This document shows positions 18,264 through 28,351 of a DNA stretch of 64,000 nt, in pieces (positions within the stretch are counted from its first letter, which is position 1; every line of letters begins with the position of its first letter). The position numbers and the translations under genes were made by a program. Source of the DNA: a bacterium (GTDB taxonomy: Bacteria > Zhuqueibacterota > Zhuqueibacteria > Residuimicrobiales > Krinioviventaceae); NCBI GenBank assembly GCA_963675755.2, contig CAXXMD010000002.1, positions 832,001 through 896,000 on the forward strand. Reading direction: 5' to 3'. The notes beneath the pieces are model-generated. The model saw only the letters and a list, made by a program, of their open reading frames with translations, was not told the origin of the DNA and did no database searches.

Positions 18264-19220
18264 ATGAGAATAGTAGTACTGGATGGATTTACAACAAACC
18301 CCGGCGATTTAAGCTGGGATGCATTGTACAAAATTGGCGAATGTCAGATTTATGAACGAACACCACGAGAACTGATCCTGGACAGAGTTAAAAGTGCCGA
18401 CATTGTTCTAACGAATAAAACCATATTGGATCGAGATACTTTGTACGCTATGGATAAATGCAAATATATTGGCGTTATGGCAACAGGTTACAATGTAGTC
18501 AATCTGGAAGCTGCTTCAGAAAAAGAAATTGTTGTCACAAATGTTCCAGCTTATTCTACCAAATCTGTTGCTCAAATGGTCTTTGCACATATATTGAATC
18601 ATACGCAACATGTTGCTGCTCATTCAGAATCCGTTTCATTTGGGAAATGGTCATCTAATAAAGACTTTTGTTACTGGGATTATCCATTAATCGAGCTTGC
18701 GGATAGAACAATTGGTATTGTTGGCTTGGGTAGAATTGGTAAACAGGTAGCTAAAATTGCCCATGCCATGGATATGCATGTATTGGCTTTTACAAAACCG
18801 AGTGAAAAAGAGATACCTGACTATATAACTATTACAAACAAATTGGATGACATTTTTATAAAAAGCGATTTTGTGACTCTGCACTGTCCCCTGACTAAAG
18901 AGACAGAAAATATAGTAAATGCAGATAGGTTAAGAATGATGCGACAAACATCATTTTTAATAAATACCAGTCGAGGTCCATTGATTGACGAAATAGCACT
19001 TACGGTAGCATTAAACAAAGGCTGGCTTGCAGGCGCAGGCTTGGATGTTCTTTCTGAAGAACCGCCAAGGCCTGAAAATCCATTGTTCAGCGCGCCCAAT
19101 TGTTATATAACACCTCATATTTCATGGGCTACACACTCTGCAAGGAAACGACTGTTAGACACGGTAATTAATAATATACAATTATATATTAAAGGTAACG
19201 TACAAAACCAGGTTAATTAA
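18264..19220 (+). CDS. D-2-hydroxyacid dehydrogenase (glycerate dehydrogenase/HprA-like)
   Basis: LDGFTTNPGDLSW; ATGYNVV; GIVGLGRIG; LHCPLT; INTSRG; LDVLSEEP; TPHISW. Confidence 0.92.
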   Translation: MRIVVLDGFTTNPGDLSWDALYKIGECQIYERTPRELILDRVKSADIVLTNKTILDRDTLYAMDKCKYIGVMATGYNVVNLEAASEKEIVVTNVPAYSTKSVAQMVFAHILNHTQHVAAHSESVSFGKWSSNKDFCYWDYPLIELADRTIGIVGLGRIGKQVAKIAHAMDMHVLAFTKPSEKEIPDYITITNKLDDIFIKSDFVTLHCPLTKETENIVNADRLRMMRQTSFLINTSRGPLIDEIALTVALNKGWLAGAGLDVLSEEPPRPENPLFSAPNCYITPHISWATHSARKRLLDTVINNIQLYIKGNVQNQVN

Positions 19221-19748
19221 ATGCCCAAAACGAATACGATACTGGTGCATACATGCTGTGCACCTTGCGCTGCCCCTTCGGGAGAAAAATTGATGCTGGA
19301 AGGATATAAAGTCACTTTATTTTACAGCAATTCCAATATCTATCCACTGGAAGAATACGAAAAACGACTTGCAGAAGTCCGCAAACTTGCTTCAATCTGG
19401 GATATCCTGGTTGAAGAAGACATCTATGACCACAAAAAATGGCTCCACCATGTTAAAGGTTTGGAAAATGAGCCTGAAAAAGGCAGCCGATGCGCAAAGT
19501 GCTTTGAATTTAGCTTGCAAAGAACTGCTGAATTGGCTGACAGGCTTGACTTTACAGCTTTTACAACAACCCTCACCCTCAGTCCGCACAAAGTCTCAAA
19601 GATGATTTTTGAAATTGGCAAACAATATCCCAAGTATATACCGTTTGATTTTAAAAAAGAAAACGGATTCTTGAAAAGTTTGCAATTGTCAGAAAAATAT
19701 GATCTTTACAGACAAAATTATTGCGGATGTGAATTCAGCCTTCGTTAA
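19221..19748 (+). CDS. queH: Epoxyqueuosine reductase QueH
   Basis: HTCCAPC; NSNIYP..EY; EPEKGSRCAKC; SPHK; LYRQNYCGCEFS. Confidence 0.93.
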   Translation: MPKTNTILVHTCCAPCAAPSGEKLMLEGYKVTLFYSNSNIYPLEEYEKRLAEVRKLASIWDILVEEDIYDHKKWLHHVKGLENEPEKGSRCAKCFEFSLQRTAELADRLDFTAFTTTLTLSPHKVSKMIFEIGKQYPKYIPFDFKKENGFLKSLQLSEKYDLYRQNYCGCEFSLR

Positions 19749-19884
19749 TTTAATCTCATCATTACTGTCGTAAAATTCAATTATTGTAATATTATACCTG
19801 AGTTTAAATAGTACAATATACCAGAAATATTTATATTTATATTGATGTTGTATGGATTGAGAAGCAATTAATATATATAATAAT

Positions 19885-20379
19885 ATGAAAAAAATAATAT
19901 CTACAATTTTATTACTTTTCTACTTTACCAGCAGCTTTGGTTTTGCTCAAATTAACCATATCTGCAGTATGGCATTATCTAATGGATCTGACCATTCTGA
20001 TACAAAATGCAATTGCCATGTGGTAAAATCTAATGAATCTGAATCCAACTCTGATCAAAGTTGCTGTTCAACAGAATCAAACCAAAATGCGCAGGAAGAA
20101 TCAAGCTGCTGTACTGTTGATAATACAGAAAATACCGACAATACACTAAATCAAACTCAAGATGGTGTAATACAAATTACATCAAACTGCTGTAGTTTTG
20201 AAATAAATGTAAAAAACAATGATAGTTTTACATTTCCCACAATTGAAAAGACTACTTGTGCACACCATTCAATTGATATTGCAATATCTGAAATTCAATT
20301 ATTTAATCAACAATTACCCGTATTAAATATTAACGCCTCTCCACTTATTTTTTCTATCAATCTTCCACTCTTGATTTAA
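19885..20379 (+). CDS. Cys-rich exported protein (HYC_CC_PP-like) upstream of the metal efflux genes
   Basis: Signal-like N-terminus; NHIC, CNCH and three CC pairs (SCCS, SCCT, NCCS); C-terminal SPLIFSINLPLLI. Confidence 0.65.
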   Translation: MKKIISTILLLFYFTSSFGFAQINHICSMALSNGSDHSDTKCNCHVVKSNESESNSDQSCCSTESNQNAQEESSCCTVDNTENTDNTLNQTQDGVIQITSNCCSFEINVKNNDSFTFPTIEKTTCAHHSIDIAISEIQLFNQQLPVLNINASPLIFSINLPLLI

Positions 20380-20456
20380 AATCAAGGCATCAGTCCGTCC
20401 GGACTGTTATTTCACTTAAAAAAAAGAACAATCCCATAACTGTAATGGAGAGTCTC

Positions 20457-21701
20457 ATGAAGACACTTTTAGTTATTTGGGTAGTTTGTTTCTATTCGTA
20501 TGCATATGCGGAAACAAATACGTTACAACAGTGGATTCAAACTGCTCTTGAAAACAATAGAGATGTATCAGTACAGGATTTAAAAGAACAAATGTCTGAA
20601 TTTGATGCTGATATAACCAGCGCACTTCCGGATCCTGTATTTATGACAGAGTTCAGAGGTATGCCCATAGATCCCATTGATCCCGGTCAAACCAGTGAAT
20701 GGATGTTTATGTTGCAGCAAACGTTTCCATTTCCCGGGAAATTGGGTAAAAATAAAGAAATTGCAAACATGAACGTAAAGATACAAAATCAGCAATATTT
20801 GGCAACAGAGAACCAAGTTGTTGCCATAGTTAAATCACTATATTATCAAAAAATTTACTTGCAGCAAAATATTAACATCTATAATGAAATAGATGAAATA
20901 TTAACATCATTGTTACAAGTAGCTGAGATAAAATATAAAAGTGGTATAATATCTCTTGTAGATATTAACAGATTCTACATTCAACAGGAAAAAAATCGTA
21001 ATAAAATAGTAGCATTGAATCAATTAAACAGCTCATTGGATTTAAAAATTAACAAAGTTTTGGGTAATCCTTTAAACACACAATTATCTCCATTAGCTGA
21101 GCCTGAAGAGTTGATGTATCCCCTTCCATCAAACACACAAATTGATTCAATTCTAACGAATAATAATCCTGATCTTGAATCAGCAGCTTTAAAAATACAA
21201 ACGGCTGAATTGGATTACAAATTATCAAAACTTGATAATTACCCGGATATTACAATTATGGGTGGCTATATGGCAATGTATAATATGCCGGACAGGCTTA
21301 TGGGAAGAATATCCATATCACTTCCTTTTATGCCGTGGTCATCAAAAAATACTAGAGCAAAAACTCAAAAAATACAATTATTGGTTGATCACAATATTAT
21401 TCAAAAAACAGATTTACTGGAAAAATTAAAAAGTGAATCTGGTGCCATTTTATTGAATTTAAAATCAATTAATAGTCAATACACAACATTTATGGACAAA
21501 ATATTACCAACAAGTAAACAAAATATAGATTTATTGATTACAGATTTTCAAACCAGTTCTGTTGATTATGCAGATTTATTGAAAAGCATCAATGAATATT
21601 TATCATTAAAAATTGAAAAAGAAAAACTTTTATTTGACTACAGAGTAAAGTTGGCAGAACTGGAAGTTATTACAGGTTCTCAATTAAATGAAAGGTTATA
21701 A
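20457..21701 (+). CDS. TolC/CusC-family outer membrane efflux protein
   Basis: ALENN; LPDP; QTFPFPGKL; YPDITI; Met-rich loops (MTEFRGMP, EWMFM, YMAMYNMP); first gene of the tripartite cluster. Confidence 0.88.
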   Translation: MKTLLVIWVVCFYSYAYAETNTLQQWIQTALENNRDVSVQDLKEQMSEFDADITSALPDPVFMTEFRGMPIDPIDPGQTSEWMFMLQQTFPFPGKLGKNKEIANMNVKIQNQQYLATENQVVAIVKSLYYQKIYLQQNINIYNEIDEILTSLLQVAEIKYKSGIISLVDINRFYIQQEKNRNKIVALNQLNSSLDLKINKVLGNPLNTQLSPLAEPEELMYPLPSNTQIDSILTNNNPDLESAALKIQTAELDYKLSKLDNYPDITIMGGYMAMYNMPDRLMGRISISLPFMPWSSKNTRAKTQKIQLLVDHNIIQKTDLLEKLKSESGAILLNLKSINSQYTTFMDKILPTSKQNIDLLITDFQTSSVDYADLLKSINEYLSLKIEKEKLLFDYRVKLAELEVITGSQLNERL

Positions 21702-21703
21702 TC

Positions 21704-23881
21704 ATGAAAAATACAAAAATTTCAAGCAAAATATTTATTATCACTGTTATATTTGCAGTGGGTATGTTTATAGGTTCATTATTAAACAATTCAAATGCAC
21801 CAAAACAATCAGAACAAACCGTATCAGCAACAGTTTGGACTTGTTCTATGCATCCACAAATCAGACAACCCGAGCCAGGACAATGTCCGATTTGTGCCAT
21901 GGATCTAATTCCGGCAACTAGTGATAACACAAATTCAGACAATACTATACCGGAATTAAAGCTTGGTAAAGCAGCAATAGCTCTTGCAGATATAGAAACA
22001 TATGAGGTTACTCGAGGTTTACCGAAAAAAAACATGCGTCTTTACGGATCAATAGTTATTGACGAGACACAAAAAGGCAATATTACTGCATGGTTTCCGG
22101 GTAGAATTGAAAAACAATATATAAATTATCAGGGAGCAACGATCCAAAAAGGTGACCCCCTTGTCAAGATTTATAGTCCTGAATTATTTACTGCACAAAA
22201 AGAATACCTGGCAACGTTGAACAGCCCCAATTCCATGGTTTCCGCAGAATCTGCTGCCAAAAAACTCGAGTTATTGGGATTAACCCATGAGCAGATAAAT
22301 GAGATCAAAGAAAATAACCATGCTATGGAACATATTACAATCAAATCTCCGGTAAACGGCATTGTACTCTATATTAACAGTCGTGAAGGTAATTATGTTA
22401 AAACAGGGAGTACAATTTATGAAATTGCAGGTCTGGATCAGCTTTGGATCGAGTTGGAAGCATTTGAATCAGAAATATCCTGGATAAATAAAGGCTCACA
22501 GTTAACATATAGTTTGGATTCAAAGCCAGGTCAAGAATATCATGCATCTATTGATTTTATTGAACCTGTTATGAAAAACGGAACACGTACATCCGTTATC
22601 AGATCTACAATCAATAATAAAAAGGGTGAATTAAAACCGGGTATGTATGTGACAGGTGAAATCAATACAGCATCATCAAAAGCGAACGCCAATGAACTTT
22701 TAATTCCGGCCTCTGCCCCACTTTTAACCGGAAAAAGAGCAATTGTATACATTCAAGACAAGCAAGATAAAGGTACATTTTATGGCAGAGAAGTTAAACT
22801 GGGCAGCCTGGCAAATGATATGTATGTTGTAAAATCCGGTTTAAATGCAGGTGATAATGTTGTAACAAAAGGAAATTTCAAAATTGACAGTGCACTTCAA
22901 TTAATGGGCAAAACAAGTATGATGTCTGCTTCAATGATTGGCAATATGACTATGGAACATCAACACAAGGAAACCGATCATCAGACAGAGCATTCAATGA
23001 ATTCAAAAACCATGAATGTAAAATTGCCATCAATGGATTCTAAACAGATAAAAGATTTGTACAGTAACTATTTTGAATTGCAAAAAAATCTGAGCCTTGA
23101 TAATTTGGCAAAAAGTAAAACCAGTGCAAAACATATTTTAAATGGTTTAAAAACAATTAATAGTAAAAACAATGCATTAGAAAAAATTGAGAATGCTTCA
23201 CAGGAAATAGACAAATCAGAGTCAATACAACAAGCAAGAAAATCTTTTCACACAATTTCCAATGTTATGATTGAATTGGCAAACCAAAAAGTGATGCCGG
23301 AAAACAGCAATGTTTACAAAGTTCATTGCCCCATGGCTTTTGATAATACTGGAGCAGACTGGTTACAAACCCATAAAGAAGTTGAGAATCCATATTTTGG
23401 GTCACAGATGTATCATTGTGGCAGTGTGGAAGCAACCCTTCAAGAATCTGCAAAAAATAATATTGATGTAGAAAACATTTATTCATCATATTTTGATTTA
23501 CAAAAAGCGTTAAGCAAAGATGATCTCAAAAATGCCCAAAGTGTATCAGCAAAATTGGTTAAAATGTTGCCGAAAATAACGAGCGGTTCTTTTGAATCCA
23601 TCAAAGCATCAGCAGTTTCAATCAGCATTTCTGAATCAATTGATGAAGCAAGAACCAAGTTTCAGCCGCTTTCAAATGCAATGATAGATTTGGCAAAAGA
23701 AAACAAAACACCAGCGAATTCAAGCCTGTATATTGTTCACTGCCCCATGGCATTCAATAATACCGGCGCGGATTGGTTACAGACTCACAAAGATGTTGAA
23801 AATCCATATTTTGGTTCACAAATGTATCGTTGTGGAAGTGTTACTGGAACATTAAAAGAAAATGACAAAGGAGAGCAATAA
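21704..23881 (+). CDS. cusB: CusB-like RND periplasmic adaptor with heavy-metal-binding domain and two DUF3347-like domains
   Basis: WTCSMHPQI...GQCPICAMDL; YSPELFTAQKEY; LKPGMY; GNFKIDS; two copies of VHCPMAFxNTGADWLQ...ENPYFGSQMYxCGSV. Confidence 0.9.
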   Translation: MKNTKISSKIFIITVIFAVGMFIGSLLNNSNAPKQSEQTVSATVWTCSMHPQIRQPEPGQCPICAMDLIPATSDNTNSDNTIPELKLGKAAIALADIETYEVTRGLPKKNMRLYGSIVIDETQKGNITAWFPGRIEKQYINYQGATIQKGDPLVKIYSPELFTAQKEYLATLNSPNSMVSAESAAKKLELLGLTHEQINEIKENNHAMEHITIKSPVNGIVLYINSREGNYVKTGSTIYEIAGLDQLWIELEAFESEISWINKGSQLTYSLDSKPGQEYHASIDFIEPVMKNGTRTSVIRSTINNKKGELKPGMYVTGEINTASSKANANELLIPASAPLLTGKRAIVYIQDKQDKGTFYGREVKLGSLANDMYVVKSGLNAGDNVVTKGNFKIDSALQLMGKTSMMSASMIGNMTMEHQHKETDHQTEHSMNSKTMNVKLPSMDSKQIKDLYSNYFELQKNLSLDNLAKSKTSAKHILNGLKTINSKNNALEKIENASQEIDKSESIQQARKSFHTISNVMIELANQKVMPENSNVYKVHCPMAFDNTGADWLQTHKEVENPYFGSQMYHCGSVEATLQESAKNNIDVENIYSSYFDLQKALSKDDLKNAQSVSAKLVKMLPKITSGSFESIKASAVSISISESIDEARTKFQPLSNAMIDLAKENKTPANSSLYIVHCPMAFNNTGADWLQTHKDVENPYFGSQMYRCGSVTGTLKENDKGEQ

Positions 23882-26800
23882 TGGAGGAAACCAGAGATAA
23901 AAAGAATCTAACAGATTCCATTATTTATTTTCTTTTAAACAACAAGATTGTTGTTGTAATGGTATTGATACTGGTTCTTGTTTGGGGAATTCTGGTAGCT
24001 CCTTTTGACTGGCCATTTTTTCGTGAATTACGATCTCCTGTTCCGGTAGACGCAATACCGGATATTGGAGAAAATCAACAAATCGTATTTACAAAATGGC
24101 CGGGGCGTTCTCCGCAGGATGTTGAAGACCAGGTTTCTTATCCATTAACAGTATCATTGTTAGGAATTCCAAGTGTAAAAAGTGTTCGCAGCTTTTCAAT
24201 GATGGGCTTTTCTTCAATCTATATTATCTTTAATGAGGATGTAGATTTTTACTGGTCTCGTTCAAGGATATTGGAGAAATTAAACAGTCTTTCACCAGGT
24301 ACACTTCCTGATGATGCGAATCCTGTTCTGGGTCCCGATGCTACAGCATTGGGACAGGTTTTCTGGTATACACTTGAAGGACGTGATGAAAATGGCAATC
24401 CTGCAGGAGGCTGGGACCTGCAGGAACTTCGTTCTATTCAGGATTTTCAGGTCAAATATGCATTGATGGGTGTCAGTGGTGTCAGCGAAGTCGCTTCAAT
24501 TGGTGGTTTTGTTCAGGAATACCAGGTGGATGTTGATCCTAATGCTTTACGGGCATACAATATAACGCTTGAACAGGTCATTAATGCTGTGAGAAATACA
24601 AACCGGGATGTCAGTGCAAAAACCATTGAAGTTAATAGTGTTGAATATGTCATTCGTGGTATTGGATTTGTAAAAAACACAAATGACATTAAAAAAACAG
24701 TTATCAAATCAAATGGTGACACACCAGTATTTGTTGAAAATGTTGCACATGTTACTCTGGGTCCCGCATTGCGGCGAGGAGCATTGGATAAACAAGGAGC
24801 TGAAGCGGTTGGCGGTGTAATAGTCGTACGATATGGCGATAAACCAATGCAAGTAATTCAGCATGTCAAAGAAAAGATTTCGGAAATTGCTCCCGGTTTA
24901 CCTCAAAAGACATTATCCGATGGGACACAGAGTAAGGTTACAATTGTTCCATTTTATGATCGGACCGGATTAATTAAAGAAACATTGGGTACGTTGGAAT
25001 CAGCACTTTTACAACAAATTTTAATTACCATTATTGTTGTAATATTGATGATCATGCATTTCAAGAGCTCGGTATTAATTTCTGGTCTGCTCCCTATTGC
25101 CGTTATCATGACCTTTATTATTATGAAGTTATTTCATGTTGATGCAAACATTGTTGCACTATCGGGTATTGCAATAGCAATAGGTACAATGGTTGATATG
25201 GGAATTGTAGTTACCGAGAATATTGTGAAACATCTGGATGAAAGAAACAATCTTTCATCCCTGATGAAAATTTATAATGCAACAAAAGAAGTTAGTGGTG
25301 CGGTCTTTACTGCAGTAATGACAACTATAATTAGTTTTTTGCCAATCTTTACTTTAGAAGCAGCAGAAGGTAAATTGTTTAAACCTTTGGCTTTTACAAA
25401 AACATTTGCACTTGCTGCATCTTTGGTTGTTGCATTATTTGTAATTCCTCCTTTTGCACATTTATTTTTCAAGAACAAGAGCAAAAAGAGTGTAATTCAT
25501 ACGTTTATTTATGGTCTTTTCGTACTGGTTGGAATTGTTGTTACCGTTAAAACAAGTATAATCGGTGGTCTTGCAATCCTTATTCTTGCCATGGCAGGTG
25601 GCATAAAACCTTACCTGAAAATCGACAATAACATAGTAGATAAATATACAAACTATGGTGTAATATTTTTTGTTTTAATATTTTTAACATCAAGCTGGCT
25701 TCCACTTGGGAACGATAAAGGTATTATACTAAACCTGGTTTTTGTAGGTTTAATAGTTGCACTTTTTATTTTCTTTTTCACATATTTTATAAAACTTTAT
25801 CCAGCGATATTAAGATGGGCTTTGGATAACAAAATTAAATTTTTAACAATACCTGTCATTGTATTATTCTGGGGATTACTGGTCTGGCAGGGCTTTTTTA
25901 AAATTTTCGGCTGGCTGCCTCAACCGGTTCTTACATTCAAGCCAGTTTCCGTATTTGCGCATGCTTTTCCGGGACTAGGAAAAGAATTTATGCCGCCACT
26001 TGATGAAGGTGCATATCTGTTCATGCCAACCACTATGCCGCATGCTTCAATTGGTGAAGTAATGGATATCATGCGCAAACAGGATATGTCAATAAACAGT
26101 TTACCAGAAATCAAATCCGCTGTGGGTAAACTCGGTCGTGTTGAATCTCCTCTTGATCCTGCACCGGTTTCCATGATAGAGACGATTATAGATTATCATA
26201 ATGAATTTATTACAGATGATAATGGCAAGATCCTGAAATTCAAATATGACGCGGATTCAGTGGGTTATGCAGTTGACAAAAACAACCATCAGGTTAATGC
26301 TAATGATGGAATGCCTTACAAGGTAAAAGGTATACATTTACGAGATGATAACGGTCAACTCGTCCCTGACAGATTTGGTAAACCGTTTCGTATATGGCGT
26401 CGTCCCCTTGAAACAGAGTTAAATCCGGATCGAAACGCCTGGGCAGGTATTCAAAATCCGGACGACATTTGGGATGCTATTGTTAAAACAGCGGAAATTC
26501 CTGGCGTTACGTCTGCACCCAAATTACAACCTATCAGCGCCAGAATTGTCATGCTGCAAAGCGGAATGCGTGCGCCAATGGGTATAAAAGTCAAAGGACC
26601 GGATCTTGAAACTATTGAACAGTTTTCCCTCGAGTTGGAAAAATTACTCAAAACAATACCTGTTATTCGCAAAGAAACAGTTCAGGCAGACAGGATTGTA
26701 GGCAAACCCTATCTTGAAATAGAGATAGACCGGGAAAAAATTGCACGTTACGGGATACATATAGAAACCGTGCAAAATATAATTGAAACGGCAATTGGTG

Positions 26801-27738
26801 GTAAAACTATCAGCATGACTGTGGAAGGCAGAGAACGTTATCCGATAAGAGTGAGATACATGCGTGAACTGCGGGACAACATTGAAGCTATTGAGAACGT
26901 GCTGGTATCATCACCATCGGGTGAACAAATCCCATTGAAACAACTGTCAGAAATTCAATACAGACGCGGTCCACAGATGATCAAAAGTGAAGATACATTT
27001 CTGACCGGGTACGTTATTTTTGACAAGATCAAAGATGTAGCCGAAGTAGATGTTGTGGAACAGGCCAAATTATTCATAGAAACCAAAATAAAAAATGGTG
27101 AACTTGTAGTTCCTCACGGTGTCAGTTATACGTTTGCGGGCCAATACCAAAACCAGATCAGGGCCCAAAAACGACTCGCACTCATTTTACCCTTGTCACT
27201 ATTTGTTATATTTATGATTCTGTATTTTAAATTCAGATCCATACCTATATCGCTTTTAATATTCAGCAGCATTGCAGTTGCATGGGCAGGTGGATTTATA
27301 CTCATATGGTTGTACGGACAAAGCTGGTTTCTGAATATTCCATTGATTGGAAATGGCTTACGTGATATATTTAACATCCATCCGGTAAATATGAGTGTGG
27401 CCATTTGGGTTGGTTTCCTTGCATTGTTTGGCATTGCATCTGATGATGGAGTTATCATTGCCAGTTATTTGCAACAGCAGAATGAAAAGAATAAACCGGG
27501 AACAGTTAAAGAAATCAGAGAATCAGCAATGCAAGCAGGATTAAAAAGAGTACGTCCCTGTATGATGACTACAGCAACAACAGTATTGGCATTGTTGCCT
27601 GTATTGTCTTCCAGCGGAAGAGGTTCAGATATTATGGTGCCAATGGCAATACCGGTATTTGGAGGTATGCTGGTTGTTATGATATCTATGTTTATTGTAC
27701 CTGTACTTTTTGCATGGCTGGAAGAAAGAAATCTTTGA
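23881..27738 (+). CDS. cusA: CusA/CzcA-family heavy-metal RND transporter (Cu/Ag type)
   Basis: VDAIPDIGENQQIVFT.WPGRSP; GPDATALG; AIGTMVD; EAAEGKLFKPLA; Met triad equivalents LFMP, PVSMIET, RIVML; RVRPCMMT. TAATG coupling to cusB. Confidence 0.95.
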   Translation: MEETRDKKNLTDSIIYFLLNNKIVVVMVLILVLVWGILVAPFDWPFFRELRSPVPVDAIPDIGENQQIVFTKWPGRSPQDVEDQVSYPLTVSLLGIPSVKSVRSFSMMGFSSIYIIFNEDVDFYWSRSRILEKLNSLSPGTLPDDANPVLGPDATALGQVFWYTLEGRDENGNPAGGWDLQELRSIQDFQVKYALMGVSGVSEVASIGGFVQEYQVDVDPNALRAYNITLEQVINAVRNTNRDVSAKTIEVNSVEYVIRGIGFVKNTNDIKKTVIKSNGDTPVFVENVAHVTLGPALRRGALDKQGAEAVGGVIVVRYGDKPMQVIQHVKEKISEIAPGLPQKTLSDGTQSKVTIVPFYDRTGLIKETLGTLESALLQQILITIIVVILMIMHFKSSVLISGLLPIAVIMTFIIMKLFHVDANIVALSGIAIAIGTMVDMGIVVTENIVKHLDERNNLSSLMKIYNATKEVSGAVFTAVMTTIISFLPIFTLEAAEGKLFKPLAFTKTFALAASLVVALFVIPPFAHLFFKNKSKKSVIHTFIYGLFVLVGIVVTVKTSIIGGLAILILAMAGGIKPYLKIDNNIVDKYTNYGVIFFVLIFLTSSWLPLGNDKGIILNLVFVGLIVALFIFFFTYFIKLYPAILRWALDNKIKFLTIPVIVLFWGLLVWQGFFKIFGWLPQPVLTFKPVSVFAHAFPGLGKEFMPPLDEGAYLFMPTTMPHASIGEVMDIMRKQDMSINSLPEIKSAVGKLGRVESPLDPAPVSMIETIIDYHNEFITDDNGKILKFKYDADSVGYAVDKNNHQVNANDGMPYKVKGIHLRDDNGQLVPDRFGKPFRIWRRPLETELNPDRNAWAGIQNPDDIWDAIVKTAEIPGVTSAPKLQPISARIVMLQSGMRAPMGIKVKGPDLETIEQFSLELEKLLKTIPVIRKETVQADRIVGKPYLEIEIDREKIARYGIHIETVQNIIETAIGGKTISMTVEGRERYPIRVRYMRELRDNIEAIENVLVSSPSGEQIPLKQLSEIQYRRGPQMIKSEDTFLTGYVIFDKIKDVAEVDVVEQAKLFIETKIKNGELVVPHGVSYTFAGQYQNQIRAQKRLALILPLSLFVIFMILYFKFRSIPISLLIFSSIAVAWAGGFILIWLYGQSWFLNIPLIGNGLRDIFNIHPVNMSVAIWVGFLALFGIASDDGVIIASYLQQQNEKNKPGTVKEIRESAMQAGLKRVRPCMMTTATTVLALLPVLSSSGRGSDIMVPMAIPVFGGMLVVMISMFIVPVLFAWLEERNL

Positions 27739-27776
27739 AAAAAAAAGCGCCAATATTAAATATTGGCGCTTTTTTT
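27738..27776. terminator. Bidirectional intrinsic terminator
   Basis: A-run, gcgccaatat-taa-atattggcgc, T-run, between the convergent cusA and lipoprotein genes. Confidence 0.92.
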
Positions 27777-28335
27777 AATTGGAATAATTATAATAATACT
27801 CGCCCATGTATACAGTAGCAGTTTCCCCTTCTTTTGCAATAACATCGCTTTCATATATTGTTTGAATTTCACCGTGTCCAATAATTCCTAAAAATATATA
27901 ATTCAAACCAATCACTCCCGCAACAACTCCCTTTGCCTGAGTTTCTTCAAGTGTTAAATTGCTGTTTGCAACAACACGAAAATGATCTTTGAACAATTTT
28001 TCATATTCTCCCCATTGGTCAAATTCCGATGGCCAGTTTCGTTGCGCTTCCTTGTAATCCTGATAATCCTGAGAGTTGAAATATTGCATAGAAGAATCAT
28101 ATATTGAAAAATCAAGGATCATGACTTTGACTTCTTCAACAGATTCAGTTTTTAAGAGGTTTTCAATATTTTCATTGATGCCTGATTCCGGGGATAAAAT
28201 TAACCGGGGTAATTTACTGTTATCCGAACTGGTAAATTCAAATACGAATTGAGTAGTATCGTCAGGAGAATTGGGCTGTTCATTACATGATAATAATATT
28301 GCCAGTGCAAAAATTATAAATAAACAATTTTTCAT
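27775..28335 (-). CDS. Hypothetical lipoprotein
   Basis: ATG 28335 behind GGAGG; MKNCLFIIFALAILLSC lipobox; no family recognised. Confidence 0.7.
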   Translation of the reverse strand: MKNCLFIIFALAILLSCNEQPNSPDDTTQFVFEFTSSDNSKLPRLILSPESGINENIENLLKTESVEEVKVMILDFSIYDSSMQYFNSQDYQDYKEAQRNWPSEFDQWGEYEKLFKDHFRVVANSNLTLEETQAKGVVAGVIGLNYIFLGIIGHGEIQTIYESDVIAKEGETATVYMGEYYYNYSN

Positions 28336-28351
28336 ATATCCTCCAATATTA

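Noticed and set aside
19790-19830. tatacc.ga direct repeat as a CsoR/CopY operator for the cus cluster
   Set aside because: Not palindromic, short, and in very AT-rich DNA, so it cannot be distinguished from chance.
19750-27776. cus cluster as a mobile genomic island
   Set aside because: The 5' part looks AT-richer, but no integrase, transposase, tRNA or flanking direct repeats were seen.
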